Shown: in pieces, positions 27,733-40,133 of the stretch
Layout: each line of letters begins with the position of its first letter
How positions within the stretch are numbered: position 1 is the stretch's first letter
NCBI GenBank assembly: GCA_047495785.1
Contig: JBLDXI010000017.1
Coordinates: 3,286,001 to 3,350,000, forward strand
Direction of reading: 5' to 3'
Length of the DNA: 64,000 nucleotides
DNA from: Lepidodermella squamata
Lineage: Eukaryota > Animalia > Gastrotricha
Translations under genes and position numbers: made by a program
The notes under the pieces: model-generated
The model's input: only the letters and a program-made list of their open reading frames with translations
The model's database searches: none
What the model was told of the DNA's origin: nothing

Positions 27733-29081
27733 ATGGTATCACTAAGCGTTGGGCACTACGGCGCTCTGCGAAATATGTACAACGATATGAAAGCGATTGA
27801 TGGCATTGGGAAAATGACTAGCTATCATACAACGCCTGCGGCTGATACCACTTATCACATTCATACTCCGTGGATTGTTCGTGCCGGCGGTTCGGCCACA
27901 GACTTGAGACCGGAGGACCGTCTGTCAAGCCAATTTGCACTTCCCATGATGCGACGCGATGTTCATAAACAGTAATCGTCCATAAAATGCCCATTCGTTT
28001 CGATCCTTAATGTTTGTATTATTCAACAGCCATCGCTTCGAACTCGATTGGGCCACAAATATTTACGATCCCTTAGACCAGAGAACGAAGAATGTTCCAT
28101 CCAAACCCAAGGCAATATCTAATATTCCATGCGCGTCCGCATCCCAGGTAACGGTTGATCAATATTGAAGGTCCCAGAAATAGCTGTAACTCCGAATTTT
28201 GAAAAAGAGAGACGCTAGATCTGCAATATACCTATTGGAAAGGGTGAAGTTTTGTGGTTTTCATACAGTTTGCAATGTGTTGACCAAAATATGTTCGATG
28301 ATTTATATCCCGCACTTGATTTCATGATTTTCGCTGGATCCAGTTTCATGTCTGTTAATTAGTTCTGATGCTCTCTAACTATAGGCTGCTGTGATTCCGG
28401 ATCCGATATCTGAGGTCTACCTGTCAAGAAACCCGCCGAAGAAGTATGGCGTGCAAATGCGCCTTCAATCGCCGCCTTTCGCCTCAAGTGCAGCAACGCG
28501 AAGCGAAGAGTGGTCAACGCTACGTCAGGTATATTAAAAATCGAAAAATAAATTAGTCACGTCTTTTCATTATTTTACATGGATTATTGAGAGGCAACCA
28601 TAGATGGGATTAAATTTGGGTCGCCCTGCTCCCATCTCTTATATATTTTATTGGAAATCTCGCTCACTGATCTATTGTCATATAAAGATTTTATTTTACA
28701 TCCCTCCACCTCACGGAGCGATAGCTTATGCCTCGGTGATTAGTTCGTAGTCGATAGATTGGGACTCGTTTCTCGGAAGGATCTACCTACAGCAATTAAA
28801 CGTTTGTTCACTTTTTCCTTCAGATGATGCCTTCACGGGGTCCCTTTCTGCATAAGCGAGCGCCTGAAAATTGGGGAACTGGAACTGGATACAGCCCGGA
28901 ATTCGCTGGTAACTCCACTCAAGTCACCAGCACGGCACAGATGGAAAAAAGCTTTCCGCGCATCAATTCATCCATGTCGAGGTAAACGCTTCTCCAAGTT
29001 GTATTAAACTGGTTTCAATTCAATCTTTGCAGATACGCGCACGAATCGTACTTTCACGATAGAATGTTCAAAATGTTTTAG
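27733..29081 (+). CDS. Uncharacterised protein of about 230 aa, 5 exons (about 27733-27971, 28030-28147, 28385-28528, 28824-28981, 29033-29081)
   Basis: Five exons join in frame through GT-AG introns: MVSLSVGHYG...HTPWIVRAGG...HHRFELDW...EEWSTLRQ|MMPSRG...NWGTG...FPRINSSMSRYAHESYFHDRMFKMF*. Confidence 0.75.
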
Positions 29082-29892
29082 TCGAGGAGTAATATTGTTC
29101 AACGATTGTTCACCCGGTTCAGATCTTCTTTTTCCTTTACACCGGTTTCACCAACTTTCAATGGAATTTCCACTATCATTACTAGCGCTTTTTTTACAGT
29201 TGTTGAACATCTTTGTCTCTGAATTGCTTTAAAACCATTGCGAATCTAATCTCGGCTTTATTATCATTAATAAAAAAGCAGAAATATCGTAATCATAAAA
29301 ACCTTAACAAGTCACTTTTTACAATGTCAATAATCAATCAGTGCAGTTTTACCTACTCGCACATCATAGTACGAAGTGCATCGTAGATACAACCGCCAGC
29401 AAGTCAAAGTTTGTGGAGTTAAAAATTCAACAGTCGTTTCAAAAATATTTTTTCAAACAAGATTTGATCGTTCTCATTCGACTGCAAATCAGAATTCATT
29501 TTGATAGCAAAACTGTCCCGTAACAAGGAGCACAAACAAGATGGGCAACCTGACACATCAGTGCGAGTGTAGAAAAACACCAAATAAAAGGCTCAATTTG
29601 CACTGCCGTCAGGCATTAGGTGAAATAGGTGATGGCTCACAGCAACAACTCAGAATATCATGGCTTGAGCATGTAGGGAAAGCGTTATATATCAGAGGAA
29701 ATCCATCAGCAAGTCGAGTTAATATCTAAAAAGAAGTTCCTTTCAGCAGGTGTGCAATTCTCTTAGACGTCGAACACCGGGTATTGATGTTCAAGGTTCA
29801 GGACGTGAAGAATGAGCTCGTGTTAACAATGACGAAGACTGCGTTTTAGGCGTCATGCATACTTCTGAATTATTACGGCATTGATACTGAAA

Positions 29893-31312
29893 TTAACCAG
29901 GCAAATCCTCCGACTTTATTGCCGAGAAAAGGGCGTCCGATGAGCTGTTATTTTTCGGTGAATCCTTGCTGTCACTTGTGTTGCTGTGAGAAGAGGTTGC
30001 AGAGGTAAGATTTGAAGACTGGCCAGTGGCTGCATCGCTTGAGCTAGAGCCCACCGTAGAAGTTAGCTTAGTTGTTGACAAGCTACCGCTATTTTGCGAG
30101 CGCCGCCGTTGATAGTCACGATGAACAGATGAACTTCTGTAATCTTTCGAAGTGTTATTTTCCAACTCCTGCTGGACCCGCTCCTGTTGAAGCTTAGCGA
30201 TCACAGATGCAATGCTAGCTTGGCCGTTATTGTTTGCCCCGGAGTTATCATGATTTCGAGACTTGGATGAAAATTGATCCTTCAATTTGCGAAGCATTGA
30301 AAACAATTCAAGATGTGTTGCCTCTGATTCCGGGGTGCCTGTCGCTTCCGCCAGTCTTTTCAGCAGCGTTTCATCTTTGTACCGCAGGAATAAGTTGCAG
30401 CGCTTTTGTTGAGCCCACGTCTCTGGACATGTTTTGCGATGATTTATCCGTAGCCTATAAGCGAAAATATATCAAAATCGTAAAATGAATACAGGCTAAT
30501 CCCTCTCACCTCAAGGCAGACTCGAAGCATTGAATAATTTCAGGATCATCAGGAAGAACGTAGAGTGTAAATTGGAGATTAATCAGAGTGTATTCGTGAC
30601 CGGGAAATACCAATGTGCTATCGTCTAGAGTTGTCAGCAGTTTTTCGAAAGACTCCAACATGACAGGAAAAGGGCTCTCAAAGACACGGCCGCATCCGTA
30701 CAGAAACAAATGATCTCCGCAAAACAACATATCGGCACAGCCAAGATCGAGGGTTTTTCCATTAGAGTCGGTTGCTAGGGAAGGTCGAAGAACGAAACAT
30801 GTGTGGCCCGACGTATGACCAGGGGTAGAAACTGCTAAAAACCTCAGAACAGATTTAACATTGATTTCGGCACCCCCAGAGACTAGCCGATGACCAGAAG
30901 AACTAGAGAAATCATTTGCTCCGCCGTAAATAACGCAGCCTTGGAATTTTGAAGCCACAATTTCTGCTCCATGTTGATGATCCCAATGCTTGTGCGTTAT
31001 CAGAATCGCGTCAATTTGCGTCACGCCAAGATCATTCAGCGAACGAAGAACTGCATCTGGATCGCCAATATCAACCAACACTCCGGCCCCTTCGCATCGG
31101 ATCAAATACGAATAATTATCGAATCCGACGGGTATCGCCACTACTTCAACTTTACCGTATTGCATGGGTTCGATAATTGAATGAGAAGTCAAGTTGTGAG
31201 ACGCAGCGTGAGAATTCCATTCGGCCAGCTTTCGCAGCCAATAACGCCTGCCCAGAGACGTATTGTAGCCGAAATATGCCACCTTGAATATCCAGTGGCG
31301 TATGGTATTCAT
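29893..31312 (-). CDS. PNKD: PNKD/HAGH-like metallo-beta-lactamase (glyoxalase II family) with a Ser-rich C-terminal extension; intron about 30455-30509
   Basis: DNYSYLI, THKHWDH, TPGHTSGH, FCGDHLFLYGCGRVFE, FPGHEYT. Exon 2 continues TCPETW..KRCNLFLR...LRKLKDQF. The N-terminal FGYNTSLGRRYW is PNKD-like. Confidence 0.85.
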
Positions 31313-31510
31313 GTTAAGAGAATCAAACAAAAATCTAAAACAAATCATAAGTTAGGTTAGGCTGTGTTGTCTCTTCTATTTTACGTAATAATTATGTGGG
31401 TTCGTGCGCTTATTGCGCAATCTCGAAAATCATAGAATTTACTGAGCACAGTGAATCTCAAACGGAGAGAAAGATTGGCCAGCATCTAGCATCATCTAGC
31501 ATACAAGATT

Positions 31511-32128
31511 TTATAATTTATTTAGCTTGGGAAGACCTTGGCCGACGTATTTTGTATGAGAGCCTTGGGCAATCAACCGCTGTGAATTTTTTTCACGGAT
31601 GGAACAATTCAGAAAAGCCAATGTTTTCCCACATTTGGCTGTTTCAGCTTCAATGACAATAGTTTCACCAAGTTTAGCAGGTGCCATGTAAGTAATATTC
31701 ATGTTGACAGACATCCCTCCTGCCTGAGAAGGTCCATTGCTCATTAGAGCAACGGTTGTGATCTGATGAAAAGAATCAAGAATTTAACAAAGCATATTAT
31801 AAATGGCAGAAACACGTACTTCGTCCACTAGTGTCGCGGTGAGGCCACCATGCATGGTCCCAAAAAAGTTGGTATCCTGGCTAGAGACAGTCATCTCTGC
31901 AACGCATCGCCCGCCTTCTGTTTTAACCAAATTGACATGCGACATCGTCAAAGCAGAGAACGATTTTACTGATTTGCTGCTGAATTTTCGAGAAATTATA
32001 GGCAATAATTTGATGGATTGAATGAAAGCCTGCAAAACCATATGGGCGGCAGTCAACAGTATAAATTATACTAAATACACCAAACACCAAATTAAGAGTT
32101 TAACAGGGAATGGAATGACGAATCGCAT
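31511..32128 (-). CDS. ACOT13: Acyl-CoA thioesterase 13 (THEM2, hotdog fold); start codon uncertain
   Basis: NFFGTMHGGLTATLVD, GMSVNMNITYMAPAKLGE, KCGKTLAF, IAQGSHTKYVG. Confidence 0.9.
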
Positions 32129-33321
32129 GGAAATTATAAGACTGAAAAAGATATTTAAAGAGATAAACGATGGAACCTACTATAAGTTACCAACTACCTA
32201 CGTCCAACGTCAATTTTTAACGAAAAAATATAGCACAATGACACACCAAAAGCACGGTTATCGGTGATTAAATTACTTAAGGGGCTTAGATTTATTGAAA
32301 AATCTGAAAAGCGATTCTCATGTGATCCGTATCGCCGATTGCAGCCTAAGTTCATCACTTGCTGTCTTCTTGTACACGTTCACGTAAAAACTGGACGATG
32401 AGTTTAAACGTCAAGGCACACGCGAGCTTCAAGCTTTCAGAATTTAGGTCATAGATCCCGCCAAATAGGCGCTCCGAGCGATCCCAGAATAAAGGTCATA
32501 TCGTCGCCCCTTGAAACTAGTAGCTAGATCTTGACGTTATTTGGTGAGTCGAAGCAAGAAAGTTGGATAGCATCCAAAAACCAAACACAAGTGGTAGGTC
32601 GCAAGTTTTTGTAGCCCGCCATTTGCGACCCAGTCAATTTAATTTATCAAATTTATCTGCAATTGATTCTGCAGAAATTATTTTTTTATTTTGTGATGAT
32701 TTTGTTAAGTAATATTTTAGCATGGTGAACAATTAATGAATTCCGGCGTGGGTTTGCTGCTTTTTTGAATTTGGCGCGTCGCTCTCTTCTGTATTTTTTC
32801 AAAATAACTTCATGAATCTTGAAGGTAAATACATAAGGTTCAAATAAAGAAGATTTTGTTTGTTTGAATCTGAACGTTAAATACGAATCTAAGTTTAGAG
32901 TATTTGTTGCTGCTGTGGTGCGACCCATCAATTAATATGCTCACTTCGGTAGCCTTTTTGCGTTCCAAAACGATCAGTCAGCTGAGTGTTATCGGTTAAA
33001 GCATGCTTGTTTGAAATAATGTACAGTGAAAGTTGTTTGAACCAGACTGGGGTCGCGCCAGGCAAAATGGTCCGGTTTAGACCAAGTCCGGATTGGGAAA
33101 TCTAAGGGAAAAAGCTTCAGAATTTTTCAAATTTTACGAACTTTGAACTTTCAAGTCATTCAAGTCCGATTTAGATCTGACCTGTCCGATTTAGACAACT
33201 TTCTTATGTACCTTTTTGAGGGGTGGGGGCCGCTGTTCCAAAACTTTCTTAATTTGTCACCTGGCTATCAAATGAGGCACTTATTATAATCGCGAACATG
33301 ATCATCATCTATAGATATATT

Positions 33322-36300
33322 ATGGCAAATTGTTACGTTGCGACTGCCCAAAGAGGAACTGCAGTCAGTTTTTGTTTGACTGGAAGTCTTATCAGGCCAT
33401 CTGATCTTAATCTCCTCGTTGCGAAAAACAATCACTTGGAGATATATTCATTGTGTCCAGAAGGTCTTCGACTGTTGAATGACGTTGCAATCTATGGCAA
33501 AATATGTTGCGTCAAGCTTTTTAAATCTCCAGTTCATGATGGTAAAGACTGGATTTTTATTGTAACTGCCAAGTATCATGCAATGATTTTGGAGTGCGAA
33601 ATCACTGAAGGTGATAAATTTGAAATCGTCACAAAGGCATACGGTAATGTCAGTGAAAGAGTTGGCCGTCCGAGAGAAGATGGGATATTGTGCACAATTG
33701 ACCCTACATGTCGTAATATTGGTCTGCAAATCTACGATGGCTACTTCAAGCTTTTGCCTATTGATAAAGAAAACAAGGAACTGAAAGCATTCAACATGCG
33801 TATCGAAGAAATGTAAGTTGAGCTGTTCGATTTTGACTTGAAATTGAGTTGAATATTATCCAGGCAAACTCAATCCATTGAATTTTTACATGGACGCAAA
33901 ATGCCAACTATTGCAGTCCTTTACAGCGATCGAACTAATGCGCGTCACGTAAAAACTCACACAATTAGCGTGAAAGACCGTGAATTTCTTGGTGGACCCT
34001 GGTTTCATGATAATGTGGATTCACAGGCTAATTTTCTTATCGCTGTTCCTGAACCTTTTTGCGGTGCCGTCATAGTTGGATCTGAATCCTTGCTTTACGT
34101 TAACGGCGATTCACAGCTCTGCGTTGCCCCTGCGCTGATGCGGGGCGCTGTAGTTCAATGCTATTGCATGGTTGACTCAACGCGATATTTGCTCAGTGAC
34201 AGCTTTGGAAGACTGTTCATGCTGTTCCTTGTCAAAAATGAAAACACGATTACCGATCTCAAAGTTGAACTCCTGGGTCTAACCAACATTGCCGAATCAT
34301 TGACTTATTTGGATAACGGCGTCGTTTACGTCGGAAGGTACTTCATGAGTGATTTTGATACATCTGTTCCACATTTTTATTTTGTTTAGTCGGTTCGGTG
34401 ACTCACAATTAGTTCGGCTGTCTGTCGAAGCTGACTCTACTGGATCTTATATTCAGATTTTGGACAACTACACAAATATAGGTCCAGTGTTGGATATGTG
34501 CGTTATGGATGTCGATAAGCAAGGTCAAATGCAATTAGTGACTTGCTCGGGAGCTTTCTCCAACGGTAGCCTTCGTATCATTCGCAGCGGAGTTGGAATC
34601 CACGAGCATGCAAGCATTGATTTGCCGGGTACCAAGGCTGCCTGGGCGATTTCATGGAAACCGGACGGCATGGCAATGGTTGAAGAAGCGGACATGAACA
34701 ATGTCGTTGTGCTGTCATTCATCGGACAAACCAGATTCTTACTTCTGGCCGGAGAGAACGATCCTGAGGAAATTGAAGTCCCTGGTTTGACCAGCACGGA
34801 ACAAACTCTCTATTGCGGCAACGTTGCGAATAATCAAGTTGTCCAGGTAACAGCCAGTGGGATTTTCCTTCTCGGCCAGTCCTCTTCTGGCGCTGCTGTA
34901 AAATGGAGCCCACCTGCAGGCAGGCAAATCGGCGTTTGCTCATGTAATGGCCATCAAATTGTTTGTGCATCCGGTTCCCATCTTTACTATTTGGAGATCG
35001 GCCAGGGAAGCTTATCTTGCGTCGCGGAGGGCAATCTGGATTGCGAAGTGGCTTGTATTGACATTGGCCTAAAAGACGCTAGCGTGAGTTGAGAGTTTAG
35101 TTGCATTCGATTTATTACCTGAATTTGTTATTCTAAGACCAATCGAGCCTCATTTTGCGTCGTCGGTTTGTGGAAAGAAATCAGCATTCGTATGCTCAGT
35201 CTTCCTGCTTTTGACTTGATGCACAAAGAACTACTCGGGACGGAAATTATTCCGAGATCTGTTTTGCTGGTCAACTTCGATAACATTTGCTACCTGCTAG
35301 TCTCAATGGGTGACGGTACCCTGTTTTATTTCCATTTCACAAACGGCAATGCAGCTCCTATCACGGACAGAAAGAAGCTTATTTTGGGTACCCAACCCAT
35401 GACACTTCGTGCTTTCAGCTACCAGGGGGTTCAGAATGTATTCGCGATTTCCGATCGCGCTACAGTCATTTATAGTCGCAATCAAAAGTTGGTTCTTTCA
35501 AGTGTGAACATGAAAAATGGTAAGCTCGATCCTGAAAAGCAACTTCGACTATATTTTTTTTTATATTTTCGAAGTGGTCAGCGTATGCTCTCTGAACTCG
35601 GCCGCTTATCCAGACAGCGTGGTTATTGCCACGTCGACCGGAATCACCTTTGGATCAATTTTGGATATACAGAGACTGCATGTTCAGACCGTTCCTCTGC
35701 GCGAAGCTCCCCGCCGAGTGGCCTATGACGACTCGACCAGCACAATTGCAGTCGTAACCACTCGTTTAGAATACCCTGGAATAGCTTTACCTCCTGCTGC
35801 CTCGACAATCGCTCCATCGCAGTCAGGGAACAAGACAAACGGAGGTATAGCGGCGCTTTCGGGAGGATCTGATGCCGACAATGCGGCTGCGTCGTCAGGA
35901 TCGGCTATTTGCTCGTCCGGCGTAGCTGCCGATTCGACGTCGCTCGAGGAGTGCGAAGTTCATTCATTGCTCATTTTCGACGCTCTTACTTTCGAATTGC
36001 TCCACGCGCGTCATTTCGCTCCGAACGAATTCATCTGCAGCGTCGCATCAGTTCGCTTTGAATCAGAACCTACCACTCCGTATTACGTAGTGGGAGTCGC
36101 GAACATCCTGCCCGGCGAGATGGAACCGAAAAGCGGACGCCTCGTGGTTTTCTCCTGGGCGCATGGAAATTTGGTTCAGGTCGCGGAAAAAGATCTGAAG
36201 GGCGCTGCATATCAAGTCCTGCCATTCAATGGCCGTCTTCTCGCGACTGTAAACTCTTCAGTCATGTTATTCAGTTGGACCCAGAACAAAGAGTTACAGC

Positions 36301-37100
36301 AAGACTGTGCTTACTACAACTGCATTCAAGCCCTGTACGCTAAAACATTCGGCGACTACATCTTGGTCGGCGATTTGATGCATTCGATGATTCTGCTGAC
36401 GTACAAACCAGTCGAAGGCCAGCTCGAGGAGGTTTCCCGCGATCTCAGCCCGGCCTGGATGACCGCGATCGAATTTCTGGACGAGGAAAAGTTCATCGGC
36501 GGCGAGAACGGGTGTAACTTGTTTGTCTGCTCGAAGGGTAATTCCACCGACACCGCGCTTGGCGGCGGTGCCGCGCCGTCGAGCGGCAACAACACCGGGG
36601 GTAACAACGGGGGAGCTGGTTCAACGGATGACGAACATAAGCCGATGGTTCACATCGGACGCGTCCACCTTGCTGACTTCGTCAACGTGATGCAGCGTGG
36701 CTGGCTTGGGATCCAGCACGTGGTCGACGCTATTGCCGTCCGGGTTCAGACCCCGATTCTCTTCGGCACCGTTTCTGGCTGCATCGGGGTGGTTATTCCG
36801 CTGCCGACTGACCTTTTCGATTTGCTGAAGAAGGTAGAGCTGCGGATGGGTGGTGTGGTGAAGGGCGTTGGACGCATTCCCCACGAAGATTTCCGAGCTT
36901 TTCACAACGAGCGACAGACAACAACGTCTAGCGGCTTTGTCGACGGCGATCTTCTTGAGCTGTTCGTCGACCTACCCCTCGACAAGCAGCAAGAGGTCGT
37001 TGCCGGCCTCAGCATGGACGCTGACGGATCGGGCATGAAGCGCGAGTGTTCTGTCGAAGAGGTTGCGAAGCTGCTCGAGGAACTTAGTCATTTACATTGA
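33322..37100 (+). CDS. DDB1: DNA damage-binding protein 1 (CUL4 adaptor), 5 exons
   Basis: [74 protein letters not shown], ending EELSHLH. Confidence 0.97.
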
Positions 37101-37434
37101 ACAATTTTTCGTACATACATGAAGAACTGAGTTATTGATGCCGGTGTAAAATCTATTAGGCCAAGACGGCTTGTGTTATTATGCCCTAACTTGGCTTGAA
37201 AATCCGTTTTATGGTTTACTGACAGAATAATCACAGGTATGTGCGAATTCCCGTTGATATCGAAATAATAAATCTAAAATAAGATTATTTGAACGAAACG
37301 CGCTTTTTTGCTTTTATTAGCTTTGTCAAAAAGTGTTCCCAAAGTTGGAATGGAGCAATTGCATTTGCAGATGAATTAGTATTCGGTAAACTTGCGTATG
37401 GAACAAACCTAACTAAAATATGTATGTACAAAAA

Positions 37435-39137
37435 TTACAAGAATAATTTGGATATCGACGCTCTTCCGCTCGGCTGCCAGTTCAGAAATAGTTCGCTTTC
37501 ACCACACACAGCTGCTCACAACCTGAGGTTGAAAAAATGATTAATGGGAATAACGAAATTTAAAAAATTTCACGAACTAGAAAGATCTTGGAAATTGTTG
37601 CCCTCTTGCATGCATCGGTAGATCGGTAGGCATTGGTTGAGTCCCTTGTGATAGTAATATCGCGTCCGCCACGGATTGACACCTAGGCACTCGGTATAGC
37701 TCGTTGGCGGCAAAGTGCATCGATGCGCGTTTCTCGACGATTCAGTGCTGTTTTTAAATCCGAATAAAAACTCACTGAAACTAAGCGATCACGACATTTT
37801 TTACCTGCCGTAGGGTTGAGCTCCAAGAAGAACAGTTATCGCTGCTGGTGGGGTGAGTGAAGTTACAGATTCACTTGGAAATGGCATCGGGGTATTCATT
37901 TGAATCCTACGAGTAGTTGTTTGCTGTTGCTGATATTGTTGCTGCTGCTGGTAGTAGTCGGACGCGCTCCTTGCTGGGTTGGAAAAGAACGTGTTTCCTG
38001 CGTGGGAACTTGGGATTGGCGCCGCCAAAGATTCTAAATTAAAAGAAATCCCATTAAAAGATAAATAAGTAAAAAATAACACGAGATCCTACCTCCGTAT
38101 CCAGTGCTGAAAGAAATTGGCCGTTGACAAGCGTATCCACATCCATTGCTGCAGCATTTCTCAGGCCCGTAACAATCTCTGTCGCTATAACAACGGCGAT
38201 CGCATCCCCCTGACGCGAAGCTGGCTGACGATTGAACCAGAACCGGTGGGCACATACCGGGCTTGGAAGAGGGCAACGGGGCAGGCGTTGCCGGTCGGGT
38301 AATGTAAGTTGAGTCTTGGAAAGTTGTTCGCTGTTGGGCAGTTTGATTGTTCTGAAAATCTGAGTGCATAATGGCTATAGCTGAAAAGCAACGAAATTAG
38401 ACAAAAAACGACAGCTCACTTGTCCTTTGCTGAATGATGAATTGGGTGGGATCCAGGCAACACCTGTTGCAGCACTTGATTACGTTCGAAACTTGCTGAT
38501 TGGCGTTCTGCGGGCAATCAGAATCTGCCGAGCACGACATCTTGCACTGAAATTGATTTGTCGGATGCAAACGATCCGCAACGGCACATAAGTAATTCTG
38601 ATGAAATGAATGTAAAAACCAAGTGAAATCAATGCATTGAGTTGAAGTACCAAAAGTAAGTTCCAGCTTTCGGAAGATACTGAAAGTGACTTGGGATTGT
38701 GCACAGCCGGTGTCGGTGATACGACTGGCGCGTTCAGAGGGAGCTCAGCCCCTAGCACGATATACCCGACTACGTTTTCCATGCGTGGCGTGGAGCAGGA
38801 TCTGTAGCACCCGTTATTACAACACAGATCTTCGTGGGCACAGTCAAGGTCGTCTAGGCAGTCATCCTGAAATCAATAACCTATTGGTAAGGTGACAAAC
38901 GTTGGCAATGGTTACCTTCGTCTGACTGCATCTTTGAAGGAAATTCGGGTAAGGACAGACGCCCAACTTGATGACAGCTTTTGTTCCTGGAAATAAATTC
39001 TGCCTTGCAACGATGGGCTTGTCTAATTACAAGTATCACGAACCTGGTTCCAATTGAAGCCGAGTGGTAGCAGTAGACACGAGATCGGGATGCAAGAGGG
39101 AAAGCACTGCGAGCAGATGCACTGTTGATGCAATCAT
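37435..39137 (-). CDS. Secreted protease inhibitor: signal peptide + 3 WAP domains + C-terminal Kunitz domain (about 8 exons)
   Basis: Signal MIASTVHLLAVLSLL. WAP1 KLGVCP..CSQTKDDCLDDLDCAHEDLCCNNGCYRSC. WAP2-like CKMSCSADSDC..KCCNRCC. WAP3 KPGMCP..CDRRCYSDRDCYGPEKCCSNGCGYAC. Kunitz CTLPP..ECLG..RYYY..QCLP..RC..GNNFQDLSSCEQLCG. Confidence 0.88.
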
Positions 39138-40133
39138 TCTGCCACTTGATGGCGATGATTGATTTTGGAGACAAAAACAGCCAAGTGAGACGAAAGCAGA
39201 TTAAACTGTGTTTCCTCGTGTTCGCAGTTGCGCAAAAATGTCTCTTTCGCACGCGCTCGGCGGCTGCGTTTTCGCTGTTAGCCGCGTGTTGACCGAACCC
39301 TGAATTTAGATGTATTGTTGTATGTGTTGGCTTTTTGTAGCGGTTGAATGGATGCACTGTTGCGGTGGCCGAGTTGGCACCTGGCATTATTTTTAAAACG
39401 CCCAACTATCGAGTGCACAACATTACCATTAGCACCTTGTTTTGTATCTCATCACACGGCGATCTCGCCCCCGAAAAACAGCCCGTTAAAAAGTGTTAAG
39501 TTAATACAAGCGGGTGCGCCGGTGAAGCAGATTGTTGGCTCGTTACACCTACAAATGAAGTGGCGTTTCTTCTCTCTTCTTCATGTTTGTCGCCATCAAA
39601 CACCCTGTTCAACTTCACACCTTAGCCGAGTTTCCACCGTTTCAAAAGTCAACAGCTATAGTAGCAAATATTAAAACGAGTTATTTTTGGCCACCGCGAA
39701 TTTATACTTGTTTATTTATAGCTCCTACGCAATGCCTTTTATGAGGAATTCAAAGAACTAGCGCATTTTCAAGGGAATTGGAAAAAAGGCGACATACCCA
39801 TATCAAAAAGTGCAAGTTCACAAAATTATGTCAGCCGGAAAAATTCGTTATGACATTATAATAACCCTCGAGGGCAATGATATCGTGTGAAGCAGTCAAT
39901 CGACTCGATTATCAGCGACTAATGTCAGTAGCTGTCAGCCGGTGAGCGCCTCGCTAAGAGAGGCTGGAAATTATATTGCGCACTCCGATGAACTACTGTA
40001 GTAGTAATATTATTTTTTTCAATTGAATAACGAATGGTAGATTTACCAAATTTGAGCAGCCTCATTTCGACCTATTAACGCGGATGAATTTACGCGAAAT
40101 AAATATGGTTCTTTCATAGTTTATTCCACAGTT

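Noticed and set aside
33046-33235. Possible degraded MITE upstream of DDB1 with GTCCG[AG]TTTAGA repeats
   Set aside because: Terminal inverted repeats and TSD could not be established.
35810-36640. Gly/Ser/Asn-rich insertions in DDB1
   Set aside because: They fall in positions that look like variable surface loops; ordinary lineage-specific expansion.
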